A stretch of 64,000 nucleotides of DNA from an uncultured Thermoanaerobaculia bacterium (GTDB taxonomy: Bacteria > Acidobacteriota > Thermoanaerobaculia > Multivoradales > Multivoraceae), in assembly GCA_951813015.1 (NCBI GenBank), contig CATOTG010000002.1:325310-389309 (forward strand), read 5' to 3'. A program made the translations under genes and the position numbers. The notes beneath the pieces are model-generated. The model was not told the DNA's origin, did no database searches, and saw only the letters and a list, made by a program, of their open reading frames with translations. Every line of letters starts with the position of its first letter. Within the stretch, counting starts at the first letter, position 1. Positions 19,970 to 30,539 of the stretch are shown here, one piece after another.

Positions 19970-22648
19970 TCAGAAGCTGAAGCCCACCTTCAGCCTGAAC
20001 TCCCGCGGGCGCTGGTACCAGGCGACCTGCGCGTTGGGCCGCCCGGTGGACTGGTTGACGATGGTCGGCTCCTGGTTGTCCGTCAGATTGGCCACCTCCA
20101 AGCCGAGCTTCGCCCGCACATCGCCGACCATCGCCACCGAGTACATCGCCGACAGGTCGATCGTCCAGGTGTCCGGCAACTGCTGCGCGTCCGACGGCTC
20201 ACGGTACGTCGACGTGGTGATCGTCTGTCCCGACACCGGGTGACGCACCTGGGTCGAAACGTGAGTTCCCCACGGCCGGCCCGCAGCGTAGTGGAAGAAG
20301 CCGCCCAGCACGAAGTCGTGCCTGCCGAAGACGAAGCGCTTCATCCCGACCACGTTCGCCAGGTGTTTCCGGTCCTCGAGCAGCCGACCGAACCACCAGT
20401 CGCTCGAGGTCGCGTCGGTCAGCCCGGTTGAGACCTCGGCGCCGCCCAGGCCCTCGAAGAGGTTGAAGTTGTCGTTGAAGGAGTTGATGTTCCCCTTCGT
20501 CGAACTCAGGGTGTAGTTCGTGCGCAGGGTCCAGTTGTCGCGAAACAGCCGGTTCGCTTCGATCTGCAACCCTCGGTACTCGCGGCGGGCGTCAGACCAG
20601 TTGCGGAGATCACGGACCACCCGGCCGGCATCGTCGAACTGGAGCGTGGCGTGGAAGATGTTCGTCGCCTCACTCGCAACCAGGCGCGACTTGACGACCC
20701 ACTTCCCGGACACCTGGAAGTCCGCCCCGAAGGAAACCTCGTCCTTGTAGTACGGGTCGATGTCCTGGATCGCCTGGTCGAATGTCGGCTCGACGCGCCG
20801 CTGGAAGCGGTCGTAGCGCCGGGTCGCCCGGTTCCACAGGAACTGCTCGTAGATGTTCTCGCCGTTGTTCTGGCGCGAGAACTCCTGCAGCACGATGCCC
20901 ATGCCGATCGCGTGGTAGTAGCGCCCCAGGGTGCCGCGGAGCAGAATGCTGCCGTCGGCCTTCACGTCGTAGACGCCGCTCACCCTGGGTACCCACTCGC
21001 TGTACTCGTTGACCCGCTCGCCAATGTCGTTGTCGATCGTCTGCTGATCGCCGCGGACGCCCAGGGTCCAGACCCAGTTGTCGCCGACCTCGAAGCGATC
21101 CTGGGCGAAGACGGCCAGGAAGTCGCTCGTTTCCGTGATCACGTTCGACGGCTCGAACACTCGCTTGTTGACGGGAGTCACGAAGCCGCCGGGCAGGTTG
21201 GGGTCGTAGCCGCGTCCGCGGAACTCGGTGATGATCGAGGTCAGATTGCTGAACTCGATCGCCTGCGCGTCGATCCCGAACTTCCACTCGTGCCGGCCCC
21301 TGAAGCTGGTCAGGGACACGTTCGCCTGGTCTCGCGGGAAGTCGTTGAAGCCCTCGGCCAGGCGCACCGCCGGTCCGTTGTGGCGCAGGCCAGTGGACAG
21401 GTCCCGATAGCGGAAGTTGTTCCCCGGCGGGTCATCCGGCGAAGCGTTCGGGGCGATCGGGTGCTGCTCCGCCGCCTGCCGGCCGACGAACTCCTCACGG
21501 TTGGCGACCTTGAACTCGAGGAAGTTCGAGCTGCCCAGACCAAGACTCCAGTTGAGCGTCTGTACGCGGCCGTTCAGCGGGAAGCTCATGATCGCCCACC
21601 GGTCACCTGGATTTCCCGAAAGGCCGATGGCCTCCGACGGAGCATCGATCGCCGTGATCGCGATCTGCTGGTTGTCCCTGGGCTGGAAGTTCACCTTGGC
21701 GATCAGCGGTCTCGCGTCGCGGCTCAGGTTCACGACCGAGCCGTCCCGCAGCGTGTCGATCCGGTTGTCCGACATCTTGCCGTAGGAGAGAAAGAACCAG
21801 GCCTTGTTGCGGGCAATCGGGCCGCCGAGCCCGGTCTCGAAGCTGTTGATCCGATCGTCCGGACGCTCGAGTTCGAGGATGTCCGGCGCCCGCCACTTCG
21901 GGTTCTGGCCGATGTAGAGGAAGTCGCCGTGGAACTCGTTCGTACCCGTCTTCACCGTCGAGTTGATGATGCCGGACGTCGCCCGGCCGTACTCGGCGCC
22001 GAAACCGGTCGATTCGAGCTTCGTCTCGGTCAGCGCGGTGCCGGGAATGAGCAGACGCATCTCGCCGCCGCGTCGATGCATCGAGGTGTCCACGCCCTCG
22101 ACGTAGACACCCACCTCGGTCGAGATGCCGCCGTTCACCGACGGCAGGGAGTCCGAGTCGTTCCGGTTGACGACCGACGGCAACTGCCGCATCGCCGCGT
22201 TGTAGTTGCGCGTCCCGAAGGCGACGTTCTCCGTCACCTCCTCCGGGATCGTCGCCGCCAGGGCGGTTTCATACCGGCTGATCAGGGGCGCCTCGCCCGT
22301 CACCGTGATCTCTTCTTCGGTCGCCGACACGAGCGTCAGGTCGATGCCGCGCCGCTGCCCCGGATCGAGGTCGGTGGCCAGTTCGGCGGCGCCGAGCCCT
22401 TCGAGTTCCGCGTTCACGGTGTAGCGGCCGGCCAGCAGCAGCGCAAAGCGATAGACGCCGTCCGCGCCGGTGATGACCGTTCGCGTGCTCTGCGGACCGG
22501 TCAGGGTTACCGTGACGCCGGGCAACGGCGCACCCTGGGCGTCGAGGACGCGGCCGTCGATCGTGCCCGTCTGGGGGCCGTCCGCGAGCAGCGGAGCGAC
22601 GCAGATCAGGACGACAAGCCCTCCGAGCCAAACGGAACGTCGCTTCAT
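19970..22648 (-). CDS. TonB-dependent receptor with N-terminal carboxypeptidase-regulatory-like domain (Oar-like)
   Basis: Signal peptide, TGTIDGRV.D..GA.LPGVTVT, AEYG...GIIN..K.GTNEFHG, C-terminal PREFRLKVGFSF. Confidence 0.92.
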   Translation of the reverse strand: MKRRSVWLGGLVVLICVAPLLADGPQTGTIDGRVLDAQGAPLPGVTVTLTGPQSTRTVITGADGVYRFALLLAGRYTVNAELEGLGAAELATDLDPGQRRGIDLTLVSATEEEITVTGEAPLISRYETALAATIPEEVTENVAFGTRNYNAAMRQLPSVVNRNDSDSLPSVNGGISTEVGVYVEGVDTSMHRRGGEMRLLIPGTALTETKLESTGFGAEYGRATSGIINSTVKTGTNEFHGDFLYIGQNPKWRAPDILELERPDDRINSFETGLGGPIARNKAWFFLSYGKMSDNRIDTLRDGSVVNLSRDARPLIAKVNFQPRDNQQIAITAIDAPSEAIGLSGNPGDRWAIMSFPLNGRVQTLNWSLGLGSSNFLEFKVANREEFVGRQAAEQHPIAPNASPDDPPGNNFRYRDLSTGLRHNGPAVRLAEGFNDFPRDQANVSLTSFRGRHEWKFGIDAQAIEFSNLTSIITEFRGRGYDPNLPGGFVTPVNKRVFEPSNVITETSDFLAVFAQDRFEVGDNWVWTLGVRGDQQTIDNDIGERVNEYSEWVPRVSGVYDVKADGSILLRGTLGRYYHAIGMGIVLQEFSRQNNGENIYEQFLWNRATRRYDRFQRRVEPTFDQAIQDIDPYYKDEVSFGADFQVSGKWVVKSRLVASEATNIFHATLQFDDAGRVVRDLRNWSDARREYRGLQIEANRLFRDNWTLRTNYTLSSTKGNINSFNDNFNLFEGLGGAEVSTGLTDATSSDWWFGRLLEDRKHLANVVGMKRFVFGRHDFVLGGFFHYAAGRPWGTHVSTQVRHPVSGQTITTSTYREPSDAQQLPDTWTIDLSAMYSVAMVGDVRAKLGLEVANLTDNQEPTIVNQSTGRPNAQVAWYQRPREFRLKVGFSF

Positions 22649-22804
22649 GCCTCTCCCTCCAGGTCGCGGACTCAACCGGCCGCCGCGACGATTCTGCAGC
22701 GGTACAGTCAATCCGATGGTGTCGCGGGGCCTAATATAGCCAACAACGTTAGGTATGTTCAACTGTGTTCGATTTTTTGAACCCGGGCCGAAAGGAACAG
22801 CCCG

Positions 22805-22875
22805 ATGACCTCACCCACTCGCCGCGACTTCCTCCAGCAGTCCTCGCGCCTGAACGCCGGCGGCGCCCTGGCCGA
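22805..22875 (+). pseudogene. Orphan twin-arginine signal peptide start (gene relic)
   Basis: AAAGGA RBS then MTSPTRRDFLQQSSRLNAGGALA; the frame runs antisense into the M24 peptidase gene with no mature domain. Confidence 0.4.
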
Positions 22876-22935
22876 CAGCCGCCGCGGCCAGCTCGGCCTC
22901 CACCTCCGCTTGCGAGGCTTGAGGAAGGGCGGCGG

Positions 22936-24114
22936 TCAAGCGCCGAGGATGCGCAACTCGCGGGGCGAGGAGGTGAGCAGCTCGCAGCCCTGCTTCGTCA
23001 CCCGGACGTTGTCTTCGATGCGTACGCCGCCCCAGCCGTTGAGGTAGAGGCCTGGTTCGATGGTGAAGACGGCGCCTTCTTCGACGACGTCGTCGTTGCC
23101 GGCCATCACGGAGGGGGGCTCGTGGATCTCGAGGCCGAGACCGTGGCCGGTGCGGTGGGTCATGAACTGCTTGAACCGCGGGGCGCGGAGGTTGGCCTGG
23201 CAGTTCTTGTGGACGTAGTCGTAGGTCACTCCGGGACGAGACGCGGCGACGCCGCGGATGTTCGCCTGCAGGACCGCTTCGTAGACCTCCCGCATCCGGT
23301 CGGTGGGCGAACCGCTGACGACGAAGGTGCGCGTGATGTCGCAGTGGTAGCCGTCGAAAGAGGTTCCGAAGTCGATCAGGAGGAACTCGCCTTCCTGCAT
23401 CTCGCGATCGTCCGGCACGCCGTGCGGCAAGGCCGACCTCGGGCCGCTCAAGACGATCGGCCCGAACGAGACGCCTCCTCCGCCCCGCCGCAGCAACTCG
23501 CTTGAGAGCTTGGAGGCAATCTCGACCTCCTTGCGCCCGGGCTTCACGTCGCGCAGCGTGAACTCGAGCGCCGCTTCCGCGATCTTCGACGCCCTCTTCA
23601 TCAGCGCCGCTTCCTCGTCGCTCTTCTTGAGCCGCAGAGCGGTCGCGACCCGTTCGGCGCTTTCGATCCTTGCTTTCGGGAGTTCCCGCTGCACGTGCCC
23701 GAACTCCATGTAGCGCAGGCTCAACGGCTCCACCGCGACCCGGGAGGCCTTGGCCAGGCACTTGAACGCATCCGCGGCGGCCTTCTCCGGGCCATCCGCA
23801 TCGTCCCAGAGGTGAAGCGACTCGACGGACGGCGCCGCGCCGCGGAAGTTCGCCTCTTCCAGAGCCGGAACGACCGCCACCGCCGCGTCGGACGTCGGCA
23901 CGATCAACAGGAAGAGGCGCTCGTGGGCTTCGAACTCGTGGCCCAACAGCCACGTCATCGTGGCCGCCGGAGTCAAGACGACCGCGTCGACGCCGGCCGC
24001 CGAGGCCGCCTGGCGCAACTGGTCCAGGCGCAGGGCATCACGGCTGGCCGGCGCCTGCTCGCCGGCGCCCTCTGCCTGTGCCGCCAAGTCCGCTCCAACC
24101 GTGTCGTCGCTCAT
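22936..24114 (-). CDS. Xaa-Pro aminopeptidase/dipeptidase (M24B)
   Basis: LR..KS.EE, PH, IDFG....Y.CDITRT, HRTGHGLGLEIHEPP, TIEPGLY, GVRIED. Confidence 0.93.
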   Translation of the reverse strand: MSDDTVGADLAAQAEGAGEQAPASRDALRLDQLRQAASAAGVDAVVLTPAATMTWLLGHEFEAHERLFLLIVPTSDAAVAVVPALEEANFRGAAPSVESLHLWDDADGPEKAAADAFKCLAKASRVAVEPLSLRYMEFGHVQRELPKARIESAERVATALRLKKSDEEAALMKRASKIAEAALEFTLRDVKPGRKEVEIASKLSSELLRRGGGGVSFGPIVLSGPRSALPHGVPDDREMQEGEFLLIDFGTSFDGYHCDITRTFVVSGSPTDRMREVYEAVLQANIRGVAASRPGVTYDYVHKNCQANLRAPRFKQFMTHRTGHGLGLEIHEPPSVMAGNDDVVEEGAVFTIEPGLYLNGWGGVRIEDNVRVTKQGCELLTSSPRELRILGA

Positions 24115-24300
24115 TTTGCCCCCGCCGCCACTTTTCGTTGCCCGCCCTCCAGAACCCGGCTGGCGCGGCCAGCGCCACCCCTGAACCAGTCCGCGCGCCC
24201 GATGACGGGCGCACGAACGGCGCCGTCGGATGCAACAGCTTACTCCGAATGCTCCGAAGTGCTGGCGGAGCCCTTCAAGCGCGATAAAGTCCCGCCCATC

Positions 24301-25512
24301 ATGGATACATCGATCGGTTCCCAGTACGACGAACTCCGCCAGGAGGTCCGCTCCTTTTTCGCCGCCAACGAGGACGTCGCGGTCCCCGCCGGACCCGGCT
24401 TCGGCGGCGACGCCTCCGAGGTCCGCAATCGGGTCGTCAAGTGGCAGCAGCGGCTCGTGGACGCCGGTTACGCCGGCCGCGAGATCCCGCAACGCTACGG
24501 CGGCGCCGGCCGCGAGCCCGATGCCCTCGCCAGCCTGGTGATCGAGGAAGAGTTCCAGAACGCAGGGCTCTCCCTCGGGATGGAGAACCAGGGCATCAGC
24601 ATGTTCGTGCCCACTCTTCTGCACTTCGGCCGCGAAGACCAGAAGAAGGACCTGATCGGCCCCACGATCCGCGGCGAGCTGATCTGGTGCCAGGGGTACA
24701 GCGAGCCCGGATCCGGCTCCGACCTGGCGTCGCTGCGCACTTCCGCGGTGCTCGACGGCGACGAGTACGTGATCAACGGTCAGAAGATCTGGACCAGCGG
24801 CGCCCGCGAAGCCGACATGATGTTCGCCCTGATCCGCACCGAAGCGGACGCCGGAAAGCACGGCGGCATCAGCTACCTCGTCCTGTCGATGGACACGCCC
24901 GGCCTCGACGTGCGCCCCCTGATGACGATGACGGGCGACGCCTCCTTCAACGAGGTCTTCTTCACCGACGTGCGGGTGCCCGCAACGAACGTGATCGGCC
25001 GCCCCGGCCAGGGCTGGGAGGTGGGCACGTACACCCTGCGCTTCGAGCGCAACATGCTCGGCCGTTCGAACGCGACGGAGAATTACCTGGCCGGCTGTGT
25101 CGACATCCTGCGCGAGACCGGCCTGATCGATTCGCCCGTCTACCGCGACCGGCTGCTCAAGCTGGAGGGCCGGGTGCAGGCGATGAAGTACCACCAGTTG
25201 CGCCTGCTCACCGATCGGCTGAAGAAGCGGGACTCGGGCGCCGGGGGGCTCATCGTCAAGCTGAACAACTGCCAGTTGAACTACGACGTCTGCGCCCTGG
25301 CGATTGACGCGATGGCCGAGCGCGGCGTCCTCAGGCGCGGCTCGAAGCACGTCCGCGACTACGGCAACTGGCAGCGCAACTACATGTACGCCCTGGGCCT
25401 GATCATCGGCGGCGGCACCGCCCAGATCCAGAAGAACATCATCGGCGAGCGGGGCCTTGGACTGCCTCGGGCGCCGAAGCCGGCCGCGGTCCAGAGTCCG
25501 CGCCGCCCTTGA
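24301..25512 (+). CDS. Acyl-CoA dehydrogenase (alpha subunit of a tandem ACAD pair)
   Basis: WCQGYSEPGSGSDLASL, NGQKIWTS, FNEVFF.DVRVP, GGGTAQIQKNII. Confidence 0.93.
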   Translation: MDTSIGSQYDELRQEVRSFFAANEDVAVPAGPGFGGDASEVRNRVVKWQQRLVDAGYAGREIPQRYGGAGREPDALASLVIEEEFQNAGLSLGMENQGISMFVPTLLHFGREDQKKDLIGPTIRGELIWCQGYSEPGSGSDLASLRTSAVLDGDEYVINGQKIWTSGAREADMMFALIRTEADAGKHGGISYLVLSMDTPGLDVRPLMTMTGDASFNEVFFTDVRVPATNVIGRPGQGWEVGTYTLRFERNMLGRSNATENYLAGCVDILRETGLIDSPVYRDRLLKLEGRVQAMKYHQLRLLTDRLKKRDSGAGGLIVKLNNCQLNYDVCALAIDAMAERGVLRRGSKHVRDYGNWQRNYMYALGLIIGGGTAQIQKNIIGERGLGLPRAPKPAAVQSPRRP

Positions 25513-25528
25513 GCCAAAGGAGTCCGAC

Positions 25529-26581
25529 ATGGACTTTGGACTGACGCAGCCGCAAGAGCTGCTCCGAGATTCGATCGCCCGTTTTCTCGCCCAGGACGTC
25601 GGCATCGAGCGCGTCCGACGCGTGATGGACTCCGAGTCCGGGCAGGACGAAGCAATCCACGGCCAGCTCGGCGACCAGGGCATCACCGGCCTTCTGGTCG
25701 ACATGGACCGCGGCGGCTCGGAACTCGGGATGCAGGAGGCTGCAATCGCCGCCCAGGAGATCGGTCGCGCCGCGGCGCCGGTCAACTTCCACTCCGCCTA
25801 CGTCCTGGCGCCGCTGCTGCTCGCCGGCGCCGACGCCGGCGAGCGCCGGAACGGCCTGCTCGAAGGGATCGCCGAAGGCCGAACGCTCGTCACTCCGATC
25901 CTCGACGCCCCGGTCCAGAACGGCCGCGTCGACGGAACCGTGCTCTACGTGCCCGACGCCGCCTGGTCAGACGCCTTCCTGCTCGAATCCGGAGGCAGCC
26001 TCCACCTGCTCGAGACGAAGACCGCGGGGATCGACATCGAGCCCCTCCAGACCGTCGACGACACGCGCCGGGTTGCCGAAGTCACCTTCTCCGGCGTCGA
26101 CCTGAACGCCGCGGAGAGCCTCGGCGGCAGTGCCGAGAGCACCAGGCGCGCCGTCTACGCGGCCCAGATCGCCATCGCCGCCGACGCCCTCGGCGCCGCC
26201 CGGAAGGGACTGCACATCGCGGTCGACTACGCGAAGGAGCGCAAGCAGTTCGAGCGCATCATCGGCTCCTTCCAGGCGGTCAAACACATCTGCGCCGAAG
26301 TCCTCGCCGAAGTCGAGCCGGTCCAGTCCCTGCTCTGGCACACCGCCGACGCCTGGGACGAAGGTTCGGACGAAATCGACCACTTCGCCCCTCTGCTCAA
26401 GGCCCACGCCACCGACGTGGCAAGCCACGCCGTCACGATGACCACCCAGGTCTTCGGCGGCATCGGCTTTACCCACGAGTGCGACATGCACATCTTCTAC
26501 AAGCGCGCCGGCTACGACCGCCAGGTGCTGGGGAATCCCACGGCGCTGCGGGAGCAGGCGGCGGCGGCGATGTACGCCTGA
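25529..26581 (+). CDS. Acyl-CoA dehydrogenase (shorter beta-type subunit)
   Basis: MDFGLT, YAKERKQF...IGSFQAVKH, QVFGGIGFT.E; RBS AAGGAG. Confidence 0.9.
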   Translation: MDFGLTQPQELLRDSIARFLAQDVGIERVRRVMDSESGQDEAIHGQLGDQGITGLLVDMDRGGSELGMQEAAIAAQEIGRAAAPVNFHSAYVLAPLLLAGADAGERRNGLLEGIAEGRTLVTPILDAPVQNGRVDGTVLYVPDAAWSDAFLLESGGSLHLLETKTAGIDIEPLQTVDDTRRVAEVTFSGVDLNAAESLGGSAESTRRAVYAAQIAIAADALGAARKGLHIAVDYAKERKQFERIIGSFQAVKHICAEVLAEVEPVQSLLWHTADAWDEGSDEIDHFAPLLKAHATDVASHAVTMTTQVFGGIGFTHECDMHIFYKRAGYDRQVLGNPTALREQAAAAMYA

Positions 26582-26611
26582 GGCCGCCGGGCCGGCGCAG
26601 ACGCTTCTGTC

Positions 26612-29285
26612 GTGAGCCTGGGACTGACGCCGGCCGGTGGCCTGCGCTGGACACAAGACGGCGTTCAGGATGCTGCGGAGGAGACCGGACACCTGGAGCA
26701 GGCCTTCAACGCCGATTGGCGCGAGGCCCTGTTCGCGCTGGCGGCGGGAAGACGAGTACCCTGGGGTCGCCCCCTCTCCGCTTCTGGCAGAGCATCGCCG
26801 AGCGCCATCTGACCGGGCTCTGCCAGCTGCCGGAACGGGCGGCGCAACCCACTGTGGCGCCACCGACCGCGGCCGCGTGCGCCGCTCTCGTAGAAGCCGC
26901 CCCACCGATGGTCGGCGGCGAGTACCTGTCCGTGGAGCGCCTGCAGCGCGTCTGGACCGAGATGGACGACTGGGTGCGCCAGGCGGCCTCGACGGCAGGA
27001 GGGCTGTCCCCGTTCCTGCGTGAGCGAGCGCCGAACTGGCATCAAGGTGGGGCGGGTGTGCTCCACCTGGCCGAGAACAAGAGTGACCCGGCACGGCCGT
27101 TCGCGTTCATGGCCACCTATGCCGCGCGACTCGGCGCGACCGGACGGGCGCGGCACGTGCCGCTGCGACGAGCGCTCGAGCAGTACGCGGGCGCGAACAA
27201 CCGCGCAGCGCTGATCACGCTCCTGTCACCGATTCAGCAAGCCGCGAAGGCGTGCGACTGGGTACGGGAGATCGTGGATTCGGGCGACGTCTACCGGCCG
27301 ATGGCCTGGACACCGGATCGCGCCTATCGACTCCTGCGCAGCGTGCCGGAACTCGAGGAGAGCGGGCTGTCCGTGCGGTTGCCGAACTGGTGGCGCAAAC
27401 GTCCGCGACCGCAGGTCTCCGTGACGTCGGCGAGACGTCATCCCTGGTCGGCGCCGAGGCCATGCTGGACTTTCGCGTCGAAGTCGCTCTCGGCGGCGAG
27501 CCGCTGTCGGAAGCCGACCTGAACGAGATCCTGGAAGGCGACGGCAACCTGGTGCTTCTCAAGGGTCAATGGGTCGAAGTGGACCGCGACCGTCTGCGGC
27601 AGGCGATCGAGCACTGGGATGCCGTGCACCGCGCGGCCGGCGAACACGGCATCTCGTACATCGAGGGAATGCGCCTCCTCGCCGGCGCCTCGGTCGATCT
27701 TCAGGGTGAGGCGGAAGCCGATGCCGAACGCCGCTGGGTCCATGTCGAGGCCGGGGACGGCATGCGCAGGATTCTCGCCGGCATGCGTGATCCGGGAGCG
27801 CTGGCGCCCGTCGACGACGGCACGCTTCAGGGGACCCTGCGGCCATACCAACGCGCAGGTGTCGCATGGCTCGTCTTTCTCACCCGTCTGGGCCTCGGCG
27901 CCTGCCTGGCCGACGACATGGGCCTGGGCAAGACGATCCAGGTTGCTGGCCCTGCTGCTGGCTGACCGCGGCGGGCACGACGACGAGCGACGAGCGCCCT
28001 CGCTGCTCGTGATTCCCGCCTCCCTGCTCGGAAACTGGCGCGCCGAAGCGGCTCGGTTCGCGCCGTCGCTGGTCCTTCGATTCCTGCACCCGTCGGAAAC
28101 GGACCCGCGAGACCCTGAACCGGATTGCCCGCGACCCCGCGCGGTCACTGGCCGACGCCGACCTGGTCGTGACCACGTACGCGATGCTCACGCGGCAGTC
28201 CTGGCTGGCCGAGATGCGGTGGCGACTGATCATCCTGGACGAAGCGCAGGCCATCAAGAACCCCGGCACGCTCCAGAGCCGTTCGGCTCGAAAGCTCGAG
28301 GCCGACGCCCGCGTCGCGATGACGGGCACGCCGGTGGAGAATCGCCCGGGAGACCTGTGGGCGCTCTTCGATTTCCCTCCATCCCGGTCTGCTCGGCTCG
28401 CAAGCCGTGTTTCGGCGCTTCGTCAAGACCCTGCAACAACGCGAACTGCAGCCGTTCGCGCCGCTTCGTCGACTCGTCGCGCCCTACATCCTGCGCCGCC
28501 TGAAGACGGACCGCAGCATCATCGACGACCTGCCCGACAAGACCGAGATGGCGCGCTACTGCCATCTGACCGAACCCAGGTCGCGCTCTACCAGAAGGTG
28601 GTGCGGTCGATGAAACGCGACATGGAGTTGGCCGAGGGCATCAAGCGGCGGGGCCTCGTGCTGCAGGCACTCATGCGATTGAAACAGGTCTGCAACCACC
28701 CCCAGCCAGCTCTCCGGAGACGGCGACTACCGACCGAACCACAGCGGCAAGTTCGAACGCATTGCCGAGATCTGCGCGGAACTCGCCGAACGCCAGGAAC
28801 GCGTTCTCGTGTTCACCCAGTTCCGGGAGATCATCGATCCGCTGTCCACCCATCTCGCCGCAGTCTTCGGCCGGCCGGGACTGGCGCTGCACGGCGGCAC
28901 CGGAGTCAGGGCGCGCCGCGGCCTGGTCGAAGCGTTTCAGCGCGGCGACGGACCGCCGTTCTTCGTGCTTTCCCTCAAGGCGGGAGGCACGGGCCTGAAC
29001 CTGACGGCCGCTTCGCACGTGATCCACTTCGACCGCTGGTGGAACCCGGCGGTGGAGAATCAGGCGACCGACCGGGCCTTTCGGATCGGCCAGCGCCGCA
29101 ACGTGGTCGTCCACAAGTTCATCACTTCCGGCACCATCGAGGAGAAGATCGATCGGCTGATCAGCGAGAAGAACGATCTGGCGAAGGATCTTCTGGAGGA
29201 CGGCCGCGAGGTGAAGCTCACCGAACTCTCCGACGAAGACCTGCTGGACCTGGTCCGCCTCGACATCACCCGAGCGGGGGTCTAG
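26612..29285 (+). pseudogene. SNF2-family helicase split by about 7 frameshifts (pseudogene or sequencing indels)
   Basis: Consecutive motifs lie in different frames: [88 protein letters not shown]. Confidence 0.88.
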
Positions 29286-29291
29286 CAGCCC

Positions 29292-30539
29292 ATGTACAGG
29301 TTCCCGACCTACGTTCCAGTCGCCGCGCGACGCGCCAAGGCAGCGCGCAAGGTCGCCAGTCTCCGCAAGCAGGGGAAGAAGGTCCAGCCAGTCGAGATCA
29401 CGGGCAACCTGATCGCCCGGAGCTTCTGGGGCAAGCGCTGGTGCAAGCGCATGGAGTCTTTCTCCGACTACCGCAACCGACTGCCGCGGGGCCGCAGCTA
29501 CGCGCGCCACGGGGCCGTCTGCGACCTGGCCATCCGGGCCGGCCGGGTCGACGCGCTGGTCTTCGGTACCAGGCTCTACCGCGTTTCCATTCGCATCGAA
29601 GGGCTCAAGCCGGCAATCTGGAAGTCGATCAAGACAAAATGCACCGGACAGATCGGTTCCGTCCTCGAACTGCTCCAGGGGAAACTGTCCGATCAGGTGA
29701 TGGACGTGGTCACGGATCGCCGCCGCGGTCTGTTCCCGACCCCGCGCCAGATCGAATTCGATTGCAACTGCCCGGACTGGGCGGGCATGTGCAAGCACGT
29801 GGCTTCCGTCCTGTACGGCGTCGGCAACCGCCTCGACGACAGCCCTGAACTCCTCTTCCTGCTGCGCAAGGTCGACGAATCGGAGTTGATCGATGCCGAG
29901 ATGGCGCTGCCGGCCGGCGCGGCGGGGACGGATTCCCTCGAGGAAGGCGACCTGTCGGGCATCTTCGGCATCGACCTGGACACGGACGATGCGCCGGCTG
30001 CCCGCTCCCGACCGCGGAGGAAGGCGTCGCGCAACGCCCGCGAACGCAGCGCTTCGCGAACCACGAACCCGCGGAAGCGCACCGGCAAGAGGGGCGCCGC
30101 GAGAAAGAGCGCCGCGACGAAGGCCTCCGCACGGAAGCGCGCTTCGACGAAGACCTCCGGGCGCAAGCGCGCCGCGAAGAAGGCCCCGGCGGCGCCGCCG
30201 CCGTTCCGCCCCACCGGCGCCCGGGTGCGCGGTCTCCGTCGGCGCAGCCGCATGTCGGTGGCCGACTTCGCCGCCACACTCGGAGTTTCGCCGGCAACCG
30301 TGCGCCGCTGGGAGTCCGCGCGCGGCCCGCTCACCCCTCAGGTCCGCCTCGCACGACGCGCTGCAGACCCTGAACGAACAGATCGGGACAGCCGGCAGAT
30401 AGCTGCCGCCGTCGTCGCCGGGAACTCGCCGCGAAGCTCGCAGGCAAGTCGCGTCGGCCGGCTTCAGACGGGCGCCGAACCGACCGTCGTGCTCCCGCGA
30501 CCGGCCAGTCCCCTGACCCGGTACGCTCGGCTCGCATGA
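29292..30539 (+). CDS. SWIM zinc-finger protein with a basic linker and C-terminal XRE-type HTH (3' end uncertain; possible frameshift near 30340 giving a stop at 30402)
   Basis: NRLPRGRSY, CNCPDWAGMCKHVA (SWIM), K/R/A-rich linker, RVRGLRRRSRMSVADFAATLGVSPATVRRWES. Confidence 0.85.
   Translation: MYRFPTYVPVAARRAKAARKVASLRKQGKKVQPVEITGNLIARSFWGKRWCKRMESFSDYRNRLPRGRSYARHGAVCDLAIRAGRVDALVFGTRLYRVSIRIEGLKPAIWKSIKTKCTGQIGSVLELLQGKLSDQVMDVVTDRRRGLFPTPRQIEFDCNCPDWAGMCKHVASVLYGVGNRLDDSPELLFLLRKVDESELIDAEMALPAGAAGTDSLEEGDLSGIFGIDLDTDDAPAARSRPRRKASRNARERSASRTTNPRKRTGKRGAARKSAATKASARKRASTKTSGRKRAAKKAPAAPPPFRPTGARVRGLRRRSRMSVADFAATLGVSPATVRRWESARGPLTPQVRLARRAADPERTDRDSRQIAAAVVAGNSPRSSQASRVGRLQTGAEPTVVLPRPASPLTRYARLA

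Noticed and set aside
22936..25785. 949-aa ORF as a large fusion peptidase
   Set aside because: Only the last ~392 codons are an M24 peptidase; the upstream part is antisense to the acyl-CoA dehydrogenase genes
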